Origin: Lingula anatina
Taxonomy: Eukaryota; Animalia; Brachiopoda
Assembly: GCA_051362555.1 (NCBI GenBank)
Contig: CM120649.1
Coordinates: 14,260,001 to 14,324,000 of the forward strand
Length of the DNA stretch: 64,000 nt
Reading direction: 5' to 3'
A model generated the notes under the pieces. That model was given only the letters and a program-made list of their open reading frames with translations, was not told where the DNA came from and did no database searches. Position 1 is the first letter of the stretch; the number at the start of each line of letters is the position of its first letter. Below, piece by piece: positions 37,135 to 48,200 of this stretch. Both the position numbers and the translations under genes were made by a program.

Positions 37135-37428
37135 TTATCGCCGGAAGCCGCGACCAGGTCCGCCTACTGGTCCAGGGGGATTGGGGCCTCTTCCAGGTCC
37201 GCCTACTGGTCCAGGGGGATTGGGGCCTCTTCCAGGTCCGCCTACTGGTCCAGGGGGGTTGGGTCCCCTTCCAGGTCCGCCTATTGGTCCAGGGGGGTTG
37301 GGTCCCCTTCCAGGTCCGCCAATTGGTCCCGGGGGATTGGGGCCTCTTCCAGGTCCGCCCACTGGTCCCGGGGGATTGGGGCCTCTTCCAGGTCCGCCAA
37401 TTGGTCCGGGAGGGTTTGCCCGTCTCAT
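37135..37428 (-). CDS. Pro/Gly-rich 13-aa tandem-repeat peptide precursor-like gene, copy 1 (7 units)
   Basis: MRR-ANPPGPIGGPGR-(GPNPPGP[I/V]GGPGR)x6-GFRR*. The 39-bp units differ mostly at third codon positions of this frame. Upstream exon ends at 37778 (GTGAGT donor); TATTTAAA at 37844-37851. Confidence 0.7.
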   Translation of the reverse strand: MRRANPPGPIGGPGRGPNPPGPVGGPGRGPNPPGPIGGPGRGPNPPGPIGGPGRGPNPPGPVGGPGRGPNPPGPVGGPGRGPNPPGPVGGPGRGFRR

Positions 37429-38071
37429 GACTGTAGCGTTTCTAACTTCAAATTGGTTATCCGTTCAAACAGTTATCTGTTTCAAATATGAATAATGTAC
37501 ACAAACTATTCAATAAAACTCGTAAAATGATATGTTGATTTCACAAGAGTTCAGCGTCTTAAAACTATATAAATATTTCATTTTTTTCTCTCAGGTTCGT
37601 AAGTAATCTTTTCATTTTCAAAATATGAAAAATACATAGTCAAAACTGATATACCGGACTTGAAAGACCAATGTCAAATCATCTCATTGAATCAAAATTA
37701 AGCAATTAAAATACATGTACAGTGTATATGAACAGCATCTATTTTTTATGACATTTGTAAGATAAAGCCCGACTCACCAGTATTAGGAGACCAGTCACCG
37801 CCTAAAGTTTGATGTTCTGTCGCTAAGAACACTGTAGCTGTCCTTTAAATACGACATTAAACTAAGGCGGGGAGGTCAAAATCTAGGACGATCAATTGCG
37901 GACGTTTATTAGTTACCTGTACAGAGAGAACTTGGATAAGCGCACTTTAAAAATCGATGTCGAGCTAATTCTGGAGAATACATATTATCAGAAATGCAAA
38001 CAATTCCAGTGAGAAAAGGAGAAATGTACACAATGGTAAAAAGCAAATACAATAGTCAAGTGCGTGGGTTG

Positions 38072-38234
38072 CATGGGCGTCCGCAGAAATTTTTCCAGTG
38101 AGGGGGGGGTCAAATTCATTGAAGGGGGAGATAACAATTGGCTGGGTACCCGCAATAAAATACAGTTCCAAAATTCCAGGGGGGCTCAAGTGACCCCATT
38201 GACCCCCCCCCCCCCCCTTCTGCAGACGCCCATG
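38072..38234. mobile_element. hAT-like MITE with 8-bp TSD, absent from the paralogous site
   Basis: TIR catgggcgtccgcagaa / ttctgcagacgcccatg; flanks gtgggttg / gtgtgttg. Empty site at ~39833-39845. Confidence 0.8.
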
Positions 38235-38927
38235 GTGTGTTGGGCTGATCGATAGGTACAGTGTGGCCTCACTGTGGTTTACCTGGTGTATTTGTATCTG
38301 CAGTTCGGCCGGGTGTATATCACAGTAATGTAAAGAAATGTGCAGGAAAAGGATTATTACATGTGTATGAACATTAAGCCGTACTCACAGCAGGCAAAGT
38401 ACAACTAGTATCGGTAGGATGTGACCGCACTAATTATAAGGTCACGTTGAGGAAAAAGCTCGTATACAGATTATTCATTTAACTAGTAGGATTGGCTAGA
38501 AACTCAAATCACTTAATCAAAAGAATACTAGAGAAGTACCATAAAGTCCTGTATTATTTTATTGAGACTGATGAATATTTGTGGTAATACATGTACATGT
38601 ATGGGATGCAGGAGACAAAAAGTTAATTGATTTGTCAGAGAAAAATATGCTGCGCCTCTGGGAGATTCGTTAAGTATGAGATTTGCGTAAAATATCTCAC
38701 ACTATGTTGCCTTAAGTTATTTGATTATATCTTAAAGTGACGTGTACACGAGAGTTAACACTGCTTGTTTGCAACTAGGATAGATGTCGCACACCTTCTT
38801 CCATCCTTCTGTCAGAGTTCCATCTGCCCCACTTCATTTTCATACAAATTGCCTGTTCAAATTTTACCTTTGAATGCGACCCTAGTTTAAACTTCTGTGC
38901 TACGTTTATGAATAACAGGTGACAGTG

Positions 38928-39173
38928 CTAGCGCGACATGAACTGTCTCCGTGGGCCTGGGGGGTTGGGTCCTCTCCCAGGTCCGCCAATTGGTCCAGGG
39001 GGGTTGGGTCCTCTCCCAGGTCCGCCAATTGGTCCAGGGGGGTTGGGTCCTTTTCCAGGTCCGCCGATTGGACCAGGGGGGTTGGGTCCTCTCCCAGGTC
39101 CGCCAATTGGTCCAGGGGGATTGGGGCCTCTTCCAGGTCCGCCTATTGGCCCGGGAGGGTTTGCACGTCTCAT
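38928..39173 (-). CDS. Pro/Gly-rich 13-aa tandem-repeat peptide precursor-like gene, copy 2 (5 units plus a partial unit)
   Basis: MRR-ANPPGPIGGPGR-(GPNPPGPIGGPG[R/K])x4-GPNPPGPRRQFMSR*. Upstream exon ends at 39544 (GTAAGT donor); flanks are paralogous to copy 1. Confidence 0.65.
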   Translation of the reverse strand: MRRANPPGPIGGPGRGPNPPGPIGGPGRGPNPPGPIGGPGKGPNPPGPIGGPGRGPNPPGPIGGPGRGPNPPGPRRQFMSR

Positions 39174-41951
39174 GACTGTAGCGTTTTAACCTCAAAATGG
39201 ACACAGTTATCCGTTTAAATACAAAACAAATTCTCCCCTTTTGTAGCTGTTAACAAAACTATTCAATAAAAGTCGTAAAATGAAACAATGATTCAAGGGT
39301 TCAACGGCAAAAAATTGCATTCAATTTTCATATCATATCTCAGGTTTGGAACTTATCTCTTTTTATTTCAAAATTTGAAAGATTGCGTAGTCGAAATCGA
39401 TCTATAGGCCTTGTAACCCCTCCCCTAAATCACCTTTATGAAATCTCATCGTATCTCTAAAATTTAAAATAAAGACATATAAAGTACATGCATCTGCTCT
39501 GAATTTCTTTCTTATGACATTTGTAAGATATAGCCCGACTTACCAATATTAAGAGACCAGGCACAGCCTAAAGTTTGATGTTCTATCGCTAAGCACGCTG
39601 TAACTGTCCTTAATACGTTACTGAACTAAGGCAAGGGGATCAAAATCTAGGACGATCAATAGAGGCCGTTTATTATATAATATAGAGAGAACTTGGTGTT
39701 GGATAAATAGCACACTTAAGAAATCGATGTCGAGGCAATTCTGCCGAATACATTTCAAAAATGCAAACAATTCCCATGCTTTAAGGAGAAATGTATGCAG
39801 TGGGATGACAAGCAAATACAATGGTCACCTGCGTGGGCTGGGTTGTATATTAACATGTCTACTGTATATGTACATGTGTCGCCTTACTGTGGTTTATTGG
39901 GTGTATCTGTATCTGTACTTCTGACGAGTCTATATCATAGTAATATAAAGAATGAACTTCTGTGCAAAAAAAGGATTAGTACGTGTATATTTTCTCACAT
40001 ACACATCAGGCATAGTACAGCGAGTATCGGTAGGATGTAACCGCAATAATTATAAAATCACGTTGGGAAAAAAGCTCGTATACAGATTATTTTAATTAAA
40101 TTAAATTTAATTAATTAAAATTTAACTAGTACATTTGGCATGAAATTCAAATCGTTTTATGCGGCCCATACCTACATGTTCATTCATATCATCATGGTGT
40201 ATAAAGGGGTTTTGTTTTTATATCCTCTTACTGAATTTTCCAATAGGACGTCCTTTATGAAATTTCACCCCTAATCCCATAGGGCCAATGTCATATAGGA
40301 CAGGAACCCTTAGGGGAGCCCGATAAAATTTCTATAGAGTCTTTTAGGACTCATATACAGCATTAGAGAAGTCTTATGGTAGAGAGTCCTGTAGTATTTT
40401 ATCGATTCTTATAAGACGACATTTAGGACATTTTCGTAACCAGTTTAAACTGTTATGCGTTTATAAATAACAGGTAACTGTGCTAGTGCGTTATGAACTG
40501 TCTCCGTGTTGTTCTGTAAAAGAAACATCCCCAAATTGTGTTCGGCTTTTGTCGTGAATCTCCGGCAGTGTCCCGATTCCCCGAGACGTACATGTAGTGC
40601 TATTAATTATGCATTGCCCAGGAGAGAAGTATTTGACTATAAACGTGTAGAACTATTATTAAAAATAGTAAGCGAATAAATAACTCAAAGGCTAAAGTTC
40701 TCTTCTTCTTATCTCGAAGCAGCATGAGAAATAAAACTATTACGCAGGTATTATCTTTAGTCTTAATGTCAACTTCGTTCTATTGCATATACCAATACAG
40801 GTGATATGCGTCGTTAAATTATGCCAGTGTTTTTATGGTCTGAACTGTGAGGTCGTTAATTCAGGCGCAGTGACGTAAAGACTTTGTCTGACCTAGATAA
40901 CGCATTTAATACGACGTAAACAAGCTGAAGTACCTGGAAGCGACATTTTACAGTGGTACAGTGACAACACCAGCGATTCCCGGCATAAGGTGAGATGCCA
41001 TTTTGAAGTTTTATTTTCAGATTGTCAGTGAGGCAACATAGAAACCATCAGGAGACCTTTATTTTGAATGGTTTCTGCGATTGACGCACGGTTACCGCTG
41101 AACATGGTATTGCAGGTACATGTACATGTATACCATAGAATTAATTGATAACAACATTCAAAATAAAAATCCAGGCATTTGACAAAGGTGAATCATATCT
41201 CGGTCAGTCGATATTTACTAAGCAAAATGTGCTGATAAGGATCAAGCCCTGCAAAACATGTACGTGTACCGGTGAAAGCAGACATGAGCTTTTTCCGCGG
41301 AAAGGCGGAATTTCGGGTTTTTTAATTCAATTCGGATGGTTCCTGAGATTCGTCAAGGTCAGGTGTTAGATCCCATGATAAATGTTCAGAGGGTTTTTTA
41401 AACCTAGGGTTATGTCTGTGGAAGTGACACTTACTTCCTGTTTGCAGTATCCATATTAGCATCTCTCTCTCTCTCTCTCTTTTTCTCTCTCTCATTCGTA
41501 ATGCGTGTGTGCGTGCGTGCGTGTGTATGTGTGTGTTTGTGCATGTTCAGTAGACGCGAGGTAAAAGCAGGAAATGCATTAATGCCTATTCCAGTACCAG
41601 TAAAAACTGTCAATATTTTGTGAGGTAAAAGTTAGTGGTACAATGTAGTCATTTCGGACTTAGTATCATTCATTTTTTTTCTAGACTGTAAATATTTTAA
41701 AGACTGTAATATGTACATCTATATAGTTTAATTAAAAGTGTTTATGTGATACATGTATGCAGGGGTACACGTATGCTACATACAAGGTGCTGGCACTTCT
41801 ACCGGCAGTACCCCAGTATACATACAGTGTATATCTTAAATGCAAGTTACTTGCATTTCTATGGCAGTTGATTTACATTTGATAGACTTAAAGACGTATT
41901 CGGGCGAACGACCATAACAAAGTGTCTTGTCTGTCATCCTTTCCTTCAAGC

Positions 41952-42231
41952 ATGGACCTTGAAAAAGCGGACCCTGCTCTGATGAAAACAGAAGAAGAAG
42001 AAGAAGAAGAAAAAGAAGGTGAGCCTAAATCTAATATGTTATATCCACATAAGCAGAGATTATGTTTTTCGCTGCAGCTGGTGTGCAGACAGAATACTAC
42101 AAAATGTGCTCAAAATCTGATAAAATTTCAGAGAATAGATTCTTATTTAGGTGATAAAAACTGATTTTAAACCGAATCCACGTATCAGTTTTTATTTAAC
42201 TTAATTATTAATTTTTTGCTTCTTGGACCGC

Positions 42232-42288
<57 letters not shown>

Positions 42289-45200
42289 TGCTAAGCACGT
42301 AAGACCGTCTTGTGTTGATTTGCAGTAGGGTGTAGTCATCATTTCCTTTAGCTTCTGTTAAATATGAACACAAAATGTACTATACCTGTACGAACGCTAC
42401 CCGGATCTTAACAATGACACACGGGATTGCATTTTCACCAGGTATTTTAAAGGTGAACTGTCTAATGCTGCCCTGCAGCATATAATTTTCAAACCATTCT
42501 TGGTGTGCAATTACGTGTTTTATTCATACCTGTAGTACAGCTAGTCATATATTACCCATAACGATATAACGTGCATTATGTAAAATATTTCCCCATGGCA
42601 TATTTGGACGAGATTCTCTCCTTACCTTTGTCAGTTACTAAGATCCTGATCATAGTGAGAGGCATACCATAGCGATATGCTCTGTATTCGTTCAATTTGA
42701 GAGATAAATTAACAACTTCATAGTTAAGTTAAGTTATCACGAGAAAGGGGTTAAGTTTGAGGATACCTCTTCCTGTATCGCAACTTGATTTTCACTAGGT
42801 ATTCACAACACCTCTATGTCTCTGCTAACTTATCGCACCATTTATATGTCGATAAAATCTAATAAAAATATTGTGCTAATTAAAACGTGTTGCTGATTGG
42901 TAAAAATTAATTATGGTGCTTGTGGAAGATGCCTTTAGGGATAGCAATTGAATTGACACCGGTTTAAGTCTCATGGTGGTTAAGGCGGGCTTGAAAGCGT
43001 GTTAGAATCACTTTTAGGCGTTCTCATGTGTCTTAGTCTAAGAGCAATTACATGTACGATGAATTGATGGATGTTCCAAAATATACATTTTTCAGAAGTA
43101 GGAGACCACTCTGAACTTACTTCCCCGCTACCAGTTGTTCCACCACATGATGATAAAGAAAAGGATGAGTCCCAGCCTACGTCTGCTGTCACTTGCAATC
43201 CTGCAAATTCCATCGAGACAAAGTCAACAGAAGCGTCTCCTGAAGTGATATCTACTGATTCTACGACATCACCGGAGGTGACATCGTGTAACGACGTCGT
43301 GACCGACCCGCATGTGACTTCGACAGCTGCAGGGACGTCACATGACGAAGCCAAAACCGCTCCGGAAATGGCACCGAACCTGGACAACGAGAATTCACAG
43401 AAATCTCCCAGCTCTTCACCGACTTTCCAGGAAATACTGGATCAGAACCGAGACAGGTGCTTACTTGAGATGCAGCCCGACTCGGTATTGGAGGAATTGT
43501 TTCAAAAAGGAGATATTACTGCAGAGGTAAATTTGCTCAAACAGTGTGCGTGCCTGTGTGTGTGTGTGTGTGTGTGTGTAAAGGTGGGTTGAGGGAGAAG
43601 AAGGTTGCAGGTTCTACCTTTGCTATTGGTACCAGTGACAGTATTGTAGTTTTTTTGTGCTGGTGCCGTACCGTGTATCGTGTCGATCTATAGTACAACC
43701 GTGTTCTCTTTTTTATGACTACTAATATGCCAATATGTTTAAGTAGCTATGGCTGGAGGCATACCTTAGGCTTTTTCAAAGTAAAATTTCATTGAACCGT
43801 TATGTGTAATTTTGGAGTGATTTTTTTCATTCACTATCTACTATACTTAGTATTTGTTTTTTACGTTGTATTGTCCTTCTGGCATGTTTGTGTGAGAGAT
43901 ATAAATTAAATTAGTGAACCAAATCAACTCCCGATACAATGCGGAAAATAATATGCCAAGCGTTTTTTTTTTTTCTTCTTTTTTTTTTCTTTTTTCTCGC
44001 GGTGTTTTTCATCAATTTTTTGTTTAGGAATATGAAGAAATCTGTAGAGTACCGATGAGGGCGGACAGAAGTGCAAAGCTAATTGGATTCCTCAAGGAAA
44101 GTACTGTTGACACATTCCATTCGTTTTGTACATCACTCAGAAATACCGATCAGCTCATTTTGGCACAGGCTCTAGGAGCTATAGGGCGTATGTTTGTTTT
44201 TTCATTATTATTTCTTTTTCTGTTTCACTGTTTCGATTATCCAATGACCGTTCCAGAAATCTGAAACCAATTTGACTTTCGGTTTTTTATCAAACTAAAC
44301 TTTTATTGCATATTGAAATTGCAAAATGCCATTACATATTGGTAAGGAATAAAATCTTAACTACAGTGAATCATTGTTTGTGAGCGCTGATGAATTAATC
44401 CTCCTTTTTATACTTTTTATTGAAAGTATTGTCATTATAGCTATACGGGTGAAGATAAAACTGACGTCCTCCGTAAAGCAGGAAGGGCTGAAGCTGATAG
44501 CTCTCGGCTTACTGAACGATAAAGCAAGAAACACCAATGTCCTCCGTTCCGGAACCTCTGAGGCCCGTTGTACGCATGTGCAAACGATAGACCTGGGGAC
44601 CGTGATTTTGACTTGCCAGTGCCATGACATGAAGGCGTTGGAGGAGCTGAAGGTTAGCGATCACTGTAGTTAGCCAGTGTTGTGTTGACACGTAACACAA
44701 TGCATCGATAATTGAATATCAAGTAGCAAACTGTAAAGAGACAACAACAAAAACACACACAGTGACACACACTTTAATCAGTCGTATTTTACAGCTCAAT
44801 TTTCAGCTAGCATAAAATATTTGCTTAACCGAAAGATGTCATATTCTTAGTATGAAAAGAAGAGGAGTTTAAGTTTTAACTTAAAAATCTGAAAGAATAT
44901 CTATGCATGTATACTGAATATATACACTAGAATTATAGTTTGTTTTAAAACTTCATACCTGACCTTCATACCCAAGCCAGCGTGTAGCGCAAATAATTAC
45001 CGGGTAATTGGATATCCTCAATTACATTGAAATCGCAAACAGTTGTAATGCTTTTTCTTGTACACAAGCCATTTAATAGTGCTAAATATTGCAAAAATCC
45101 GTGTATTGAATACTCAATAGTTTCTACACATTAGCCCACAGAGTAGGGTTCAAAGGTGTTCCTACAGCTTATTCTAAAATTCTTTCTACTCCACTTCAAA

Positions 45201-48200
45201 TCATTTAATCATCTTATTCTGGAACTGTCGCGTAAAATACTACACACTTTTTGTTTCATTTTTTAAAAATTCTATATTAGCTGATATATGAGGATGGATC
45301 CCTTACCCATATGTTTGAATCCTGGGCTGGATTGGACGAAGCCGGGGATGATCAAAGGAGGTATGCTGTAGGCGTGAAAGTTGACGTTCAAATCGACCCG
45401 AAAGAGTTTCATGATGTCGCTGAAGAACTGAAGATTTTGGAGGAAGCAGGTTGTTACTTTTACCGCTTATAGAATTAAAATGGAATAAAGAAGCTTCGTT
45501 TAAATAGGTTATACTGTAAGGATTTCAATTCACAGGATAAAGCTATGATGATTAAATGGCATACATTATTCTAACTTCTCCACCAATTAGCAGTTTGAGT
45601 AACCTAGATATTTTAAATGGTAGTGAACTGTTTTCATCAAGTTTGTATTCATAAGCAGTATCCCTTTTAATACAGATCAAGTCTTAAACTAAAGTAAACT
45701 CTTACTTCTTTTTAAAAACACACTGTGACGATTTTATAGAGTAGCTAGTAGTCCTGAGACTGTATATATATTATATATGTACTTTTTTGGCTTTATACAG
45801 TCTCATCACATCTACCAACATTTCAATCAATGTTGTGTTTCCAGAAATATATCGAGAACAACAAAAGGCGTTCATCTTGCGGCAAAGAGAGAAAAAAGCG
45901 GAAGAAAAAGCTGAATTGAATCAAAGAGCTTATGCAGGTAGAGAAGCCATTGTGTAATATAAGTTCACCCTCTTGGTTAAAAAGCAACTGAGAAATGAAG
46001 AAGACGACATATTATGGATACACTATATTGAAAGAGGGTTCCCTGGCGTAAATAATAACCCAACGTACAGACCAATCTAACTTCTATTCGAAAAGGTGTA
46101 ATTTTTATATGCAGATGTCCGCTATTAATGCGTAAACGTGTAAAATCTTAGCTGGTCAGGATCAGGAAGAGATTATTTCCTTTCTTTCTTTCGAGGCAAT
46201 TAAAGTTTATTAATGTTATTATTAATTTGTCTGTTTGGAAAATGATTCAGGTATTATATTATATTATATAACAGATGTTATTATCCAAATGGAAACCACG
46301 GACTTGTCCGAAGAAGCACTGAGAGAAATGTTCGCCCAAGCGGGCCCATTCATCGAATCCGACAACGAAAGCATAGATGGCGTGCTGGTCTTACCGGAAA
46401 ACATCTTTGTGAATTCTGAAAGTTTGCTGCATTTGGCGGAGATTGAACTGACAGTGTTGGGGCTGCGATGGAGCTCAGTGACGCCTTTGGAAATAAAATC
46501 ACAGCTACAGAGGTGAGGCTGGTTTTTTTTGTACATGTAATTTGTGATGCGTGATGTGTGATGTCAGAATGTATCCCCCCTGGTCTGAAAACTCACTGCT
46601 ACCTGCTGCTGTAGGCGCTATCACTTTCGCTTTCCCTTTCTGTAACGAAAGCTGAAAAAAAAACATTCATGAAAGTACATGTCATCTGATTTGTTATCGC
46701 TCAGTAATAATTTTTAAAAAAAACAACTTAACTTTAACCCATGGATGCGTTGGTTGCCGCAAGGCGCACAAACTATAGGCCCTACTATTATTACAATAAT
46801 TATTATACCCGTCAATGTGACTATAGGCCCTACTATTATTACAATAATTATTATACCCGTCAATGCGACTAGAACACCAAATGTTTTCTTAATTGTTAGA
46901 TGCTCTATTTGTCAACAGTCACAAGCACGATTATTGAAATACGAATGGCATAATTGTGTTCGTTTCCTTTAGATTGATTGCCACAAAAGTCCTTCATAAA
47001 GAACCAAGTGACACAGAACTAGAAATTGTAACTCTGAATGTAAAGACATGCTGGGGATCCGAAGAGGCGTCCATCTTAAAAGACACAGCTGATCACAACT
47101 GTGAGTGGTGTCAAATGTTCAGTTCAAATTCATTAATGGTGGATTTGGGAAATGTAAAGCTCATCAACATGTTTTATGTCCTACCTGTTAAAATATATCA
47201 GTTAAGAGTTGAGTTTTTTTTTCTTTTTTTTTCAGTCTCGCACATTTGCAGCAATCAATTGAGCTAGAAACAATTAAGAATTTGGTAATATATATTGGTT
47301 TCAAAGAGGACCTTTTGTATTATCCACTTCGGTCAAATAGAAAGTAGTCATTTCAGCTCCTTTGCTGTAGCACTAAATGGAAAAAGAATAATTACTGTAT
47401 TGAATATTTCAGCTGAAGATGCAGAGAATGTACGGATAAAGCTGCTGCGAATATTCCTACCGACGTTGACAGCATTTCTTCCATTGGAAGAGTTCGTTTA
47501 TAAGATCAGAGTCCTCACATCAGCAGACAAGGTCAGAAAGTATTTTTTCAGGAATTTCATAACTAAAAATGGGTGATATCAAATTCCGAAATGATGTATT
47601 ACCAATCTAAAAGATGCCGTCTACTTTTTTCCCAGTCAGGGAGCCACCCTATACCACTGACAAAGATAGAATTTAGTAGATATTCACAGATATTTGTCTT
47701 TGCATTTTTTTCTTTGTCCAACGAGAATGTTTTAACTTATTCGATGCCATCACTCAGTTGGCCGTCGGTACAGGGTAGTTCGGGATCTGAATAAAATTTC
47801 TCATTTCAATGAAAAAAAAAACGAAATACTTGTACACTGTTACATGTAGCTACATGTAATTCTACACCTATATATATTCCTTTTTTAATTCTCCAGGAGC
47901 ACGTGCTGTTTCAGCAGCGCCGCAGCGGGAGGTCACATGCAGTGACAGCGCTGATGGAGACGCTCATCCTGCGGCCATGTTGGTACAAGGAATTTCTGCA
48001 CACACTGGAACACATGGATACGGTAAGTGTTTGTTAATTGAGCCACACAAACGTGAACCAAAACCGGTTTAAATGAGAACTTTTTCACGATCTTTCGGTT
48101 TTTTATCTGCACAGGTACGTTTATGGACTTAAGTCCACGTACTGGGAGGGGGATATACATGTACATGTACACACACTGGACAAAAGAAGTGTCACCCCCT

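Noticed and set aside
37181-39218. Plus-strand GPLPGPPxGPGGL ORFs as collagen-like genes, or the 39-bp repeats as a CRISPR array
   Set aside because: The period is 13 aa rather than Gly-X-Y, and there are no unique spacers. TATA, splice donor and ATG all lie on the minus strand, so the plus ORFs are antisense shadows.
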